Below, in pieces: positions 44,151 through 55,951 of a stretch of DNA of 64,000 nucleotides (its first letter is position 1; every line of letters begins with the position of its first letter). The notes under the pieces were generated by a model, which was not told the DNA's origin, made no database searches, and was given only the letters and a program-made list of their open reading frames with translations. The position numbers were made by a program, and so were the translations under genes. Origin of the DNA: Naegleria gruberi (Eukaryota); assembly GCA_000004985.1 (NCBI GenBank), contig GG738928.1, one strand, 5' to 3'.

Positions 44151-44337
44151 ATTCTAATTTGTATTATTAAATTATTTCAATATTTAAATTTTAAATATTT
44201 TCACAATTTTGATTTTTAACACATCAAATTTGACAGGTGTTGGTTGGCTTTAAATAATACAGGACTAATAATTTATTAATAGGAGGGAAGATAGATTATC
44301 TTTTACAATTGTACAAGATGGAGATTGGGAAATTAAA

Positions 44338-45489
44338 TTAAAGAGTGAATCCAAGATTCTTTTGAATGTCAGCAACATTCCAGAACAAAACTTTGCCGTC
44401 CAAACCAGCGGTAACAAACTTGCTAACCTTACCACCTTCAACCTTGAAAGCTTCAATACAGTTAATAACATTGTGGTGACGAGTTTGTGGAGCATCGCTC
44501 TTTTCAGCATTTTGAGAACCAACAGTTGAAGTAGCTTGGAATTTTAAGAAAGCACTTCTGACACCAACACCTTGAGCCGCACCAGTCTTCTTCATTTCAT
44601 CACAAGATCCCTTCAAAACCCACTTGTTTCCTTCCAAAGCAAAAGCATATGGAGCAAAATCATAACCAGCAGCAACAAAGACCTTGTCGGAAAGGAACAA
44701 ACCACAATAGAATGGTAACTTTTCATGACGAACAACTTGAGATTCAATTGGTTGAGCATCAGCAACAGATTGATCTTGTGAAGCATAATCAACAAATTGA
44801 ACAGTAGAATCGTGTCCAATGAAAGCTAACCATTTACCATTTGGTGAGAATTGAACAGAGTGAACCCATCCCTTTGATGTATATTCAACAAAGACATCAC
44901 CAAACTTTAACTTGTTATCGGCACTTCTCTTACCGTCCACTTCCTTGAGGTATGTATTAAAAGTACGAGCTTTCATGTCACTACTACCAGTAGCTAATGT
45001 GTTAATAGTTGGATGCCAAGCAACAGATTTGATGGTTGATTTGTGTTTCTTAATCATCTTTGAAATGTACCACTTGTTTTCAGCTTCATAGAAACAAACA
45101 GCAATCATCTTGGAAGCACTACCAACAGCAAACTTTTCTTCGTTTGGAGACCACTTACAACAAGTAGCTGCTTTAGTAAGACGAAGTAAAACAAGTGTTG
45201 GATTCCATTTCTTTTCCTTTTCATTATATTCCCATACGTAGGCATTACGATCTTGAGCACAAGATAAAATCTTGTTAGATTTTGGTGCCCAATCAATACC
45301 AGTTACATAGTGGTCATGATCAGTCAATGTATGTTCTCTTTCCCACTTTTCGAAATCTTCACTACCATTAGTCTTATAGATGTGAATTTCACTGTTTCCT
45401 GGCGAGACAGCAACTCTTGATTTATCACCATTCCAAGCCATACAGCTGATAGCTTGAGCGAGGACTTTTTGGGTGTTGAGCAAGGACAT
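44338..45489 (-). CDS. Arp2/3 complex subunit 1 (ARPC1/p41-Arc), WD40 protein
   Basis: [15 protein letters not shown]…[25 protein letters not shown]…[30 protein letters not shown]…WHPT is colinear with ARPC1 (ISCHAWNKDRTQIAI…[25 protein letters not shown]…). 383-aa single exon. Confidence 0.9.
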   Translation of the reverse strand: [383 protein letters not shown]

Positions 45490-45730
45490 TTTTTTTTTTT
45501 AATAAATTATTAAATTATTTAAATTTTTAATCGATGTGATGATGGCTTGATTTTTTCAAAGGCTTTAAAGTTTTGCAAAGAAGGCTTGTGTGATGACGCT
45601 CTGCTTTGCCGATCTAATCAGTGAAATCAATGATTGGAATTTTTTTTGAAAAGTGAATCGTGACGACTTGTTGATTGCTGATGGTAGTAGGATTGATATT
45701 AACAAAATAATGATTCAAATCAGTTTTTTA

Positions 45731-46196
45731 CAGGGTTCTCCACATTCATTTACATTGTGAATGTCAAACAAGAATAGATACGACAATCGACAAACATGAA
45801 AATAATAAATGTGAAACGACTAACCGTTACGAATAAAATTTAAAAAAAACATCATGATGATGTTTATTGTTTGCAACATAACAACACCCTTCCACATTAT
45901 TTTCACATAAACAACCATTAAACCTGATAATGTTTCAAACAATAACATTACAACCTCAAGCTTCCGAAGATATTCAGTATTGGCTGCCAAGACTTACGCT
46001 TGTTTCTATTTGATATCCAAAGCGCAGGTGACAATGTAAACCGATGTGAAAACACACCAATTTAATTAACACTACCGAAACTAATAAATTTAACCCAAAT
46101 TAAGAGTGACAATATGAATGAATCTTTTCTATGTCAATGATGAAAAAAGAAGTTTATTTTATTTCCATTTTCGAATTTCACGTGGAGAACCNCTGG
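45731..46196. repeat. Inverted-repeat pair (about 16 bp) flanking ~430 bp of non-coding DNA; candidate MITE-like element
   Basis: Left arm CAGGGTTCTCCACATTC (45731-45747). Right arm GTGGAGAACCnCTGG (46182-46196) is its reverse complement. A further local hairpin ACATTCA…TGAATGT lies at 45742-45765. Confidence 0.35.
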
Positions 46197-46512
46197 TTTT
46201 TTAAAAGATGGGGATACAATACAGATGGATCGGTGGCGGTTCTGATTATCAGATCTTAATATTTGTTGTTAACTATTTAGAAACTTTCATCAAATTCTGG
46301 TTAGAATTATAAAGTTCCATGTTCCGAAAACTATTTCTAAGGATTAATTCATCAAACAAGAGTTTCCGATACTTTTATCATTGATTCCAATTATTATGGA
46401 CAAAAGTTTATTCATCTCTTTCATTGAATGTCGATGGACGAAACTAAGGTCAATTCTTGTCTCTACAACCTTTCCAAAAAACAATAGTTATGGAAATATA
46501 GAATTTTCAAAG

Positions 46513-48711
46513 ATGCAAAAAATGCTCACACCTTCTCATTCACTATCACTTCTCCATTTGATGCTCACTAGTTGGTTTCTAACAATCTTGTTATTCTATA
46601 CGAAACCTATCGTCTCATTATCCTCCTCTTCTTCTTCATCTTTTATTCAATACATTTCCAGCAACAAAATTAATGAATTAAATTCCTCTACCATTATTAT
46701 CGGAGCAAATAATTTCATCAATTTATATCTATGGAAAGATTTAGAAATTTATTCGATAGGTCAATTACTTAATTCCACTAATTCTCAGAAAGAATTAAAC
46801 TTTTTTTCATATGACACGAATGGAATTTCAGAAAATGATATGATTAGAATGATTCGAATACTTCAATCTAATAATTTTGCACTCATTCCATCCAAATGGA
46901 AGTTTAAACAAGTTGTCATGCAGAAAAACACCGAATGTCTCTATGGAAGTTTATTCGAAAGGTTTGATATTCTAATTGGGACTGCTGATGAGTTTGCTGA
47001 GAGAGTGAGATTGAGTAGAGGTCATCAACAGAGGAGAAAGAAATCTTTCGAATATTTAAATCCTAATGATTTTTATATCATTCCACTTTTTCCTAGAAAT
47101 TTCTATATTGTTACAATGGAAAATTACAATCATTTGAATTTATTCGAAAGTGAATTTTACAATTATTTCATTTCGAATAGTAGATACAATCAAACAAATT
47201 GTCTAGAAAGTATCAAACATGATTCGTCCATTATCGAACATTTACATGGAATTCTCTATTTCACATCTTTACAAATTGACTGGAGTTTACAATATTTCAA
47301 TATTTCACACATTCCTTACAATAATTCAATAATTTCCAACTTTATATTTTCAAATCTCTTTGAAAGTAATGACTATATTTGGAATTATTCCAAAGTTTCA
47401 CAACACTTGTGGGAATCCACTTGTTATCATTGCACAACCACTTCATGTGTGGCTGAGAATTGGACATGGGGTGATTCATTGGATTTGACAGTTGTGTGTA
47501 GCGGAGTTTTATTCTATGCAATTCTATTAATTTCTGGAGCTTTTAAATCTCCGGTTGTGTATAGAAAATATGGAATTATATTTTTGTCACCATTTCTAAA
47601 TATGGGATTATTTACAGCCTTGTTGAATGCATTTAATAATTCATGTATTTCTCTGGGAACTATATTTTCAAATTATGCTGCTTGTTTGATGAATATTATT
47701 TATATTTGTACTGTTTTGAGATATTTCTATTTAAGGAATTTATATAATTTTGTTAAGAGTTCAAAATATCCATCTTTGTACAAATATTTGGCTGGTGAAA
47801 TGTTTGGATTCTTCTTTACAATTATCATTCCAATGATTTTTACTTTAATATTTCCAATTACTATAATTGTACTTGTTGGCGATTACAATGCTGATTTATT
47901 TAATTTGGCAAATAATTTAATAATTGCAATTTTGGCAGCTGTTTCATGCATTGCTGGATTTTCAACTTTAATTTTTGATGCTATTAAGAATAGAAAGATA
48001 ATTTCCAAATTTGGATTTTCAAGATTTTTCATATTTGAAGATCCTTACTTTTTTAGAATTGACTTGTTATCACTTCCAATAATTTTCTTATTACTTGTTT
48101 TATTGGCAATTATTTTCATGATTGCACCAATTTATGTTCTAATTGTCAGATTCCTAATTGGGATGACATTATATCTCTTATTTGGAACAAGTTTAGTAAT
48201 GTTAATTGTTGAACAGTTGAAATTTAAAACATTTAGAATTAAATCAGCAAATGATGAAGTTATTGACAAGAATCAACAAGAAGATATTACTAAGGAATAT
48301 ATTGAAATGATTAAGGAAAATAAGAATGAAGATTTGTGTCAACTTTTTAAATTATACTGTCAAAAGTCATTGGCATTGGAAAATTTAATGTTGATGGATG
48401 TATTGATTGAAAAAAAGAGAAAATCAACAAGTATTTCAGTAGAGGATATGAAACATATTAAGGAAGAATTTTTAATTTCCTATTCTGCGTATGAAGTTAA
48501 CATTTCCTCACAAGTGAGACAAAATTTCGAACAAAACTTGCAAGATGCTTTATCGAAGAATGAAGCAAAGGTCAACAATGAAATTCTCACAGATTTAATG
48601 GTGGAAATTGAGACAAATATCAAGTCAACATTTATGCGTTTTGCCAAGACAAGTGAATTTTTGGAATGGCAAGAAATTTACTCTTTACAAAAAGAAAGAG
48701 CAGTTTTGTAA
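46513..48711 (+). CDS. 7TM protein with C-terminal RGS domain (second 7TM-RGS gene in the window)
   Basis: Track ORF starts at a TTG (46381). Candidate real starts are ATG 46396 (MDKSLF) or ATG 46513 (MQKMLTPSHSLSLLHLMLTSWFLTILLFY, signal-anchor-like). ~300-aa Cys-containing ectodomain, seven hydrophobic helices (GVLFYAILLISGAF … LLFGTSLVMLIV), then an RGS domain LCQLFKLYCQKSLALENLMLMDVLIEKKRKS…FMRFAKTSEFLEW. Confidence 0.7.
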   Translation: MQKMLTPSHSLSLLHLMLTSWFLTILLFYTKPIVSLSSSSSSSFIQYISSNKINELNSSTIIIGANNFINLYLWKDLEIYSIGQLLNSTNSQKELNFFSYDTNGISENDMIRMIRILQSNNFALIPSKWKFKQVVMQKNTECLYGSLFERFDILIGTADEFAERVRLSRGHQQRRKKSFEYLNPNDFYIIPLFPRNFYIVTMENYNHLNLFESEFYNYFISNSRYNQTNCLESIKHDSSIIEHLHGILYFTSLQIDWSLQYFNISHIPYNNSIISNFIFSNLFESNDYIWNYSKVSQHLWESTCYHCTTTSCVAENWTWGDSLDLTVVCSGVLFYAILLISGAFKSPVVYRKYGIIFLSPFLNMGLFTALLNAFNNSCISLGTIFSNYAACLMNIIYICTVLRYFYLRNLYNFVKSSKYPSLYKYLAGEMFGFFFTIIIPMIFTLIFPITIIVLVGDYNADLFNLANNLIIAILAAVSCIAGFSTLIFDAIKNRKIISKFGFSRFFIFEDPYFFRIDLLSLPIIFLLLVLLAIIFMIAPIYVLIVRFLIGMTLYLLFGTSLVMLIVEQLKFKTFRIKSANDEVIDKNQQEDITKEYIEMIKENKNEDLCQLFKLYCQKSLALENLMLMDVLIEKKRKSTSISVEDMKHIKEEFLISYSAYEVNISSQVRQNFEQNLQDALSKNEAKVNNEILTDLMVEIETNIKSTFMRFAKTSEFLEWQEIYSLQKERAVL

Positions 48712-48787
48712 ATTTCCATTTCAATTTCCATCAAATTCTTTCACTAGCTTACAATAAATTTCCATTTCAAGTTCATCATAGATTTTA

Positions 48788-49551
48788 TTAGCAAGTAAAA
48801 TAGGAAAAGTTTGGAACTTCCCACAATCCAATAAAATTCTCTTCAAATACTTCTGCTTCCTCTTCATCATCGCTTGAATCATCATCATCACTCATTGCAT
48901 CATTTGAGTACATTCTCTTGTACTTTCGTTCTCCAGTGGAAAATGCAATATAAGGAAGATAGGGATGAAGATTAACAGAATTCACCACCAATTGATTCAT
49001 TGAGGAAGTAGCAGCGAGTTCTACAACTTCTGAACCACTTTTCACCATGTCAAATACTTTAATTTTACCGTCACATGTACCAGCACATGTGAATTGTGTG
49101 AAAATGTCAGTGTCAAAATTAATTTTCTGATTCGTGTTGAAATTCCTTGAAAAATCAAAAATTTTGATTGGTTCGAATAAATTTCTCAAATCCCAACAAA
49201 CAATTTTATCACTCTTTCTAGACGAAACTAGTAAATAATTTCCATCTGATGAAAATTTAACACAATTCACACCAGTTCCATATTCACATTCAATCACATG
49301 TTGAACTGAATCAAGATTTTGATCATAAACTCCAATTGTGTTATTGTAACATCCAGCAACATATATATTTTCCTCAATTGGATTAAAATCAAAACAGGAA
49401 ATAAAACCAGTTTGTCCAAATCTTTTTGTTTTCTTTTTTGATCCACTTCCACGAATTGACTGTTTTTCCATGGTGTGAATTTCTGAATATTCTGATGAAC
49501 TACCAACTTGTGCATCAAATACACAAATTCTCTGATCCAATCCACAATATA
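48788..49551 (-). CDS. TCAB1/WRAP53-like, exon 3 of 3
   Basis: 100-nt intron (49552-49651) ending AATAATTAG. Encodes IYCGLDQRICVF…KRFGQTGFISCFDFNP…IVCWDLRN…TNQKINFDTD… (WRAP53: FCGFNRTVRVF…KKQGQSGIISCIAFSP…LLCWDLRQ…TNQRIYFDLD). Acidic SDDDDSSDDEEE tail. Confidence 0.75.
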
Positions 49552-49651
49552 TTCTAATTATTATTATTATCATTAAAATTCATTAAATTCATTGAATTTT
49601 CAAATAATTTTCCTTAATATTCATCATTCAAAATATTGAAATAAAACTTAC

Positions 49652-49951
49652 TTGTTACCTTGTGATAATTTTCCATTAAAAGAAACTGATATAATATTAT
49701 CAGTTTCTCCCATTTTATCTCTAACCATGAATGAATTTAATAAATTTCCATTAAAAGCATCCCACATATGAACAGGTTGTTTTGAACTCACTGTCAGAAA
49801 ATTACAAAAACTCAAAGAAGAGGAAGACATTAATGGATTCCAACAAAAATCATTAATACATCCACCTTCTTTCACTGATAGACATGGACTCCATTCAATA
49901 TGTGAAAAATTGGCATTTTCACTGAAATTTCTTCCAAGAATTTCTTGTGGT
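49652..49951 (-). CDS. TCAB1/WRAP53-like, exon 2 of 3
   Basis: 38-nt intron (49952-49989) ending TTGAAAG. Encodes …INDFCWNPLMSSSS…QPVHMWDAFNGNLLNSF… (WRAP53: DYCWYSLMSS…IHIWDAFTGEL). Donor AA|GTAAGT. Confidence 0.7.
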
Positions 49952-49989
49952 CTTTCAATGATTAATTTCACACATTCGAGTTGACTTAC

Positions 49990-50435
49990 AATTCAAATAA
50001 TCTTACAATATTATCATTACTATTACTTAATAGACATAATCCATCAGGTGACCATTTAATTCCTTTCGTATAAATTGGAATTTCATCTTTGGAAAATCCA
50101 AATTCTCCCTTTTTAGATTTTAACACAACATTTCCTTGATTTTCCAAAGATTTATCAAAATTTAATTTTAAATATGAAATTAATGATGAATTTGTTACTA
50201 CTTCTTCTTTGAGAATTACTTGTTCATTGTCATCATGATGCTGATGATTAATTATTGCTTGTTCAATTTGTTCTTCTTCTTCATGATGATCGGAAGTAAT
50301 ATTCATCATCATCATTATTGGTTGTTGTTGATTTAATTCTTCCGAAATTTTCGAATCTTTTGAATCTTTTTCTGTGGCTTGCATTTCTGCAGTGATGGTG
50401 TTGATAGTTGTGGTTGTGGTTGTATCTTCCATCAT
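49990..50435 (-). CDS. Telomerase Cajal-body protein 1 (TCAB1/WRAP53)-like WD40 protein, exon 1 of 3
   Basis: Start at MMEDTTT (ATG 50435; the upstream part of the track ORF is AT-rich leader). Ends IKWSPDGLCLLSNSNDNIVRLFEL | GTAAGT, phase 2. Compare WRAP53 [22 protein letters not shown]. Confidence 0.7.
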
Positions 50436-50684
50436 AAAGTCAAAATGCAATCTTTCAATATATTGTACGTTGAAGAGACAATTTTTTTTTAAATTCAAAC
50501 AATTTTTGACCTTTTTCAATTATTATAAAAAATCAATTGAATAAGTGACTTGCTAAATTTGGGTTAAAATTACAATTTATACACTTTAAAATTCATCACC
50601 ATCATTAAGGTACTAAAATAATATTCAAAAATTTAATTCTTCTTCAATCAATTCGAAATATCAAAAAAGCCTAAAACAAAAAAA

Positions 50685-51396
50685 ATGTTCAAAGGTACAC
50701 CTTCAACAAAGGAACAACAACAACAATTGGAAGAATCAGCTGCCAACAAACGTAAACGGTCATCCTTTGATGATGATTCCGATTCTGATTCATCATCTTC
50801 GGATGAAGAAACTTTTGCATCATCATCATTAGCCTTTAATAATCATAATAATTTAATGAATGATGAACAAGTTAATGAACAATCAAAAGCCTCCTCTTCA
50901 TCAATTATTGATAATGATCAGAAAGAAGATGAAGAGAATACAATGAAATTATCGGAATTTAAAAAGACACTTCTCTCTAAATTATCTAAACAATATACAA
51001 CAATTATTACACAGAATGAATTGGATATTCTTGAACAACAACTTCTTTCTAATCCATTTGCATTTTCATCATCAGAATGGGATGAATTAATTGGTCAATA
51101 TCAATATAGATCCTACATTGGACAATTTAATCATCAAATTGATAAAAGAAATACTGATTTACCATCACAATATTCAGTTTTATTAAATAATCAATATATT
51201 AATGTGAATGCATTGGAAAAAACAAGACATTTGAGATGGAAACGATCAGAATTTTTGAAATTAGGAGAAGAATCATGGTTAGATTGGATTAGAGAGGAGG
51301 AATTACATTTTATGGAAGGAAAATACTCAGATCATCAACAACGAGATGTTATTAAATGTATATATGAAAGAGCACTTTTATGGGAAAATTATTCTT
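50685..51396 (+). CDS. SART3/Prp24-like U4/U6 snRNP recycling factor (HAT repeats + RRM), exon 1 of 2
   Basis: ATG in A-rich context. Acidic/Ser-rich N-terminus. Ends …ALLWENYS|GTAAGT, phase 1. Confidence 0.65.
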
Positions 51397-51467
51397 GTAA
51401 GTTGTTATATAGTAATTAATTGTTTGATATTTATTCCATTGTTGATTATTCATGTTCTATTAAATAG

Positions 51468-53956
51468 ACAAGACATTAAGAGCTAATTATTGTAAATTCA
51501 TGTTAAAATATTATGAAAGTAATAGTAGTATTATTGATGATAGTTTCAATCTGGTATTTAATTTAGTGGGATATGATGAGGAAATTTGTAATTTATATTT
51601 GAAATATTTAAAGCAATATGAAAAAAATCATTCCAAAATTAGAAATATCTATGCAAACTTGTTAAAACATCCAAATCATCAATCTGTTTTCACAATTTGG
51701 AAGGAATATAATCAATGGGAAAAGAATCCATCAGATGATGAAATGAAAGCCAGATATATTCACGCACTCAAACAAGTTGAAGAGAGAATTTCACTTCAAA
51801 AACAAACACAAGATGAATCTTCATATTTGGAACAAATTAATTTTGAAATGAAAAAGTACAATAATTGTAAAGAATTACTAAAATCAAAGGAATTTAATGA
51901 AATGTCTTTGGAGGATTTGAATGAAATTGGTTCTATTTTAAAGGAGAGAATTACATTACTTTTAAAGAAAGTAGCAAGTGAGAGTAATAATTCTGAAACT
52001 CTATGGAATATGCTATTGAACTTTTTAATAAGTGAAAAGGATGAATTTATTTCAACTAATAATGAAACATTGTCCTCTTCAAATGGAATATTCAATACTA
52101 TTAAGACTTTACATGAAATAATCAAGACAAATTTCAAGTACTTGGATAATAGTCATCTTTCAATTTACTTGCAAAATATTGAACAAGTGGATGATAATTT
52201 ATTGAACGCTCTTCATCTTCACATGACTTGTTGGGTTGCCTTTAAGAATCTTTCATGGAATTCTGAAATGCACAAGTACTTGATACTAAGTTTGGAGATT
52301 TTACATGAATTATCTTCCAGCAAGTTGGAATATTCTTCAAGTTATTTGAAACTTATCAATGATATCATGTTTAACAAATCAATGCATGCTCTCAATTCAT
52401 TTGCCAATGATTTGACATTTAATGATTACTATCAAGTATTCTCAACCTTCTGTTCATGTCTTACTAGACTCAATAGAAAGCTATACTTCAATATCAGTAC
52501 CAGATCGGAACCAAATGAAAATTTAAATTCTGCACTGGTAGAAGTATCACAAGCAGCTGATCAATCATTCCAAACATTCTCCGATTACTTGGATCAATAC
52601 TTTAAAATGGACACATCTCGTGTGCATTATTTTGAACTTCAATATGCTGAATTTTTATTGGAGAATGGACAATCTCAGAGAGCTTTAGAATTCTTTGAAA
52701 ATGTTCTAATGAATAATGAAATATTCAAGAAGGAACTTAGAGCATGGCAAGATTTTATTCAATTCATGGAGAAAATTAATTGGTTTGAAATTAATAATGA
52801 AAATCCACTCGAAACTAAACATGAGAAGATATCAGCTACCTACGATCTTGGAATTCGTTCAATGGATAATCCAAGCACTAAACAAATTCTTGCCAAATTG
52901 TGGTTGTACTATGAAAAGGTCAATTCCAATTCTGTACATTCCATTATTAAGGCTGAAAATATTTTGAAACAATTTAAAGATTCACAAAAGAAAAAGATGA
53001 AGGAAAAATCCAACACTAAGGAAAAGTCAAATATTAAGGAAAAATCCATCATCAAGGAAAAATCAAATGATGATAAGGGAAAGACTGAAAAGAAACCAAA
53101 GGAAGAAAAGAAAACAAAGGTAAAAGAAGATAGACCAAAGAAGAAGGTTAAATTCGCTACTACTGAAGAAGAATTAGTGGAACAAGTACCAAGTGAAAAT
53201 ACCAACATTATCAGCAGTGAAATCTCAAATGTTGAACAACAATTGGATCATGATGTTGAAATGAAAGAATTGGAAAATATCAAATCATCAACAGAAAAAA
53301 CAATGGAAACAAAATCAACAAGTAATGAAACAAATCAACCACAAACAGAACCACCAAAGAAAATCAAGAAGGAATCATCTGATGAAAAGCCTTGTTTAAA
53401 TGTTGTTGTTTGGAATTTACCATTCAGTATGAAAGAACAAGATATACGTGAGCTATTCCAACAACATTCAATTCAAGCAAAGAGAATAACTCTCATCACT
53501 CGTGAGAATGGATCCTCTAAGGGAATGGCATTTGTTGAATTGGAAAGTCATGAAATTATTCAACAAGCCATTGAAAAACTTAATAATTATGGAATTGATA
53601 AAGAAGGAAATTTACTTAAAGTAGCTCAAGCAGAAACAGCCAAAATGAAAAAATTATTGAAAAAGCAAAAAGATATTACTAATAAGAAGTTTGTACACAA
53701 TTCAACTCCTAAATTACATATTAAGGAATCAGATACAAGACAAAAGAAGCCAAACATGTTTAAACCAAGATCAGTTCCAAAGAGAAATGAAACAATTTCA
53801 TCATCATCATCATCAAGTGGTAATAATAATCAACAAACAGCAAGTGGCAGTGGCAGTGATTCAGTAGTTACTAATAACACTGAAAATCAATCACAACCAT
53901 CAGCTGCTGCAGTGGGTGGTTTGAGTAATGATGATTTTAAAAAGTTTTTAAGATAA
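51468..53956 (+). CDS. SART3/Prp24-like, exon 2 of 2
   Basis: 71-nt intron (51397-51467) ending TTAAATAG. HAT-type W-x-x-Y/W repeats (IWKEYNQWEKNPSD, LWLYYEKV). Lys-rich linker. C-terminal RRM LNVVVWNLPFSMKEQDIRELF…KGMAFVELESHE. Confidence 0.65.
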
Positions 53957-54179
53957 ACAAGTACTCATTCTTGATCAGTCTATTCTTTAAGCAAATGTTG
54001 TTGTACTTAAATACGAATATTTCCGTAGCCTCGGAAACATTACAAAAAAAAAATAGTCGCACATCATACCCACATTTACTGTACATCATGATGTACATCA
54101 TGAATACACACTTATAATAGTTTCAAGAAGAATAAATGTTGAATGACATTATGAAGGTGATGTTGATCATACTAAAAAA

Positions 54180-55502
54180 ATGGACAAACGACAAAGACAA
54201 GATTTTGAAAATCCTCAATTAATTAATTCGGAAGAGAAAGCAAAAAAGGTTGCAAAAGTCCAACAAGATGTATTTTCAGATGATATTTGTTTTGAAATAA
54301 TTTCAATGCTTGATGATTCGTGGTTTATTTTAAATACTTGTTCATTAATTTCAAAACAATTCTTTAAGGTGATCAAGGAACGTTCAAAACTTGCTATTCA
54401 ATTTCAAAAGAAATTTACAGAGAAACGAGTTAAATTATTCATGAAAAGTCAATTTATGAATAGTATTGTTAAAGTTAAATTTTCTAGTCGGTTGCTTCAA
54501 GCCATAGAAACCCCCAAATTGATAAGTGCAATGAAACAATTAACATCACTTAATATTTATGACAATGGAATTGGTGATGAAGAAATCAAATACATCAGTG
54601 AAATGAAACAATTAACATCACTTAATATTGGTTACAATAGAGTTGGGGATGAAGGAGCCAAATATTTAAGTGAAATGAAACAATTAACATCGCTTAATAT
54701 TGGTTACAATAGAGTTGGTATAGAAGGAGCCAAATATTTAAGTGAAATGGAACAATTAACATCACTTAATATTGGTTACAGTAGAATTGGTATAGAAGGA
54801 GTCAAATACATCAGTGAAATGAAACAATTAACGTCACTTAATATTTCTAAAAATGAAGTTAGCAATGAAGGAGCCAAATATTTAAGTGAAATGAAACAAT
54901 TGAGATTACTTAATATTTATCACAATGAAATTGGTGATGAAGGAGTCAAATATTTAAGTGAAATGAAACAATTAACATCACTTCATATTGGTTACAATAG
55001 AATTGGTCTAGAAGGAGTCAAATTGATAAGTGAAATGGAACAATTGACATCACTTGATATTTCTGAAAATGAAATTAGTGATGAAGGAGCAAAATATTTA
55101 AGTGAAATGGAACAATTAACATCACTTAATATTGATTACAGTAGAATTGGTCTAGAAGGGGTCAAATACATCAGTGAAATGAAGCAATTAACATCACTTA
55201 CTATTGCTTACAATAGAATTGGTATAAAAGGAGCTAAATTGATAAGTGAAATGAAACAATTGAGATTACTTGATATTTCTAACAATGAAATTAGTGATGA
55301 AGGAGCCAAATATCTAAGTGAAATGAAACAATTGATATCACTTTATATTTCTGAAATTGGAATTGGTATAAAAGGAGTCAAATACATCAGTGAAATGAAA
55401 CAATTGAGATTACTTGATATTACTCGCAATAGAATTGGAAAAGAAGGAGCTAAATTGTTAAGTGAAATGAAACAATTGACACCACTCTGTTTGGAATTGT
55501 AA
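54180..55502 (+). CDS. F-box-like / leucine-rich-repeat protein with ~14 near-identical 28-aa RNI-type LRRs
   Basis: N-terminal F-box-like DICFEIISMLDDSWFILNTCSLISKQFFKV. Then repeats MKQLTSLNIGYNRVGDEGAKYLSE iterated with few substitutions. Confidence 0.75.
   Translation: MDKRQRQDFENPQLINSEEKAKKVAKVQQDVFSDDICFEIISMLDDSWFILNTCSLISKQFFKVIKERSKLAIQFQKKFTEKRVKLFMKSQFMNSIVKVKFSSRLLQAIETPKLISAMKQLTSLNIYDNGIGDEEIKYISEMKQLTSLNIGYNRVGDEGAKYLSEMKQLTSLNIGYNRVGIEGAKYLSEMEQLTSLNIGYSRIGIEGVKYISEMKQLTSLNISKNEVSNEGAKYLSEMKQLRLLNIYHNEIGDEGVKYLSEMKQLTSLHIGYNRIGLEGVKLISEMEQLTSLDISENEISDEGAKYLSEMEQLTSLNIDYSRIGLEGVKYISEMKQLTSLTIAYNRIGIKGAKLISEMKQLRLLDISNNEISDEGAKYLSEMKQLISLYISEIGIGIKGVKYISEMKQLRLLDITRNRIGKEGAKLLSEMKQLTPLCLEL
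54520..55480 (+). repeat. Tandem 84-bp coding repeats (LRR units), highly homogenised
   Basis: AGTGAAATGAAACAATTAACATCACTTAATATTGGTTACAATAGAGTTGG…GAAGGAGCCAAATATTTA recurs with >90% identity about 11 times. Confidence 0.85.
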
Positions 55503-55901
55503 AACAAATAAAACACAAATAAAAGCTTACTGATATTCTTCATCTAAAATTATGAGATAGCAACGATGCTTAGAAATCTTGAATGAACTAGAAAACTCCA
55601 AAGAAGAAACAACAAAATGAGTCTGGTAATACTTGTTTTTCTTTTCTATCGTTCTTTTGATTCAAGTTTGAGTTGAAATCTTCTATTGTTGTATGTGTTT
55701 GGATCAATTTTTGAAAGTGGCAATTCCTAAAAATATAAATAGATGAAGAATTTTGAATGGAATGAAATTGTCTCTTGGTCAATTAAAAAAAAAGAAACCT
55801 ACTGCAATAAATCCTATGATCGTCATGTACATTGATTTATTGAGCCCTCTTGTCTTTTGATAGTTATACAACATTGGCAAGAGGGCATTTGTTACAAAGT
55901 C

Positions 55902-55951
55902 NNNNNNNNNNNNNNNNNNNNNNNNNNNNNNNNNNNNNNNNNNNNNNNNNN
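55902..55951. other. Assembly gap (50 N) plus isolated n at 55974
   Basis: Run of n. Confidence 0.99.

Noticed and set aside
54520-55480. Regularly spaced near-identical repeats that could be mistaken for a CRISPR array
   Set aside because: They are in-frame 84-bp LRR coding units inside a eukaryotic ORF. There are no spacers, no leader, and the genome is eukaryotic with introns.
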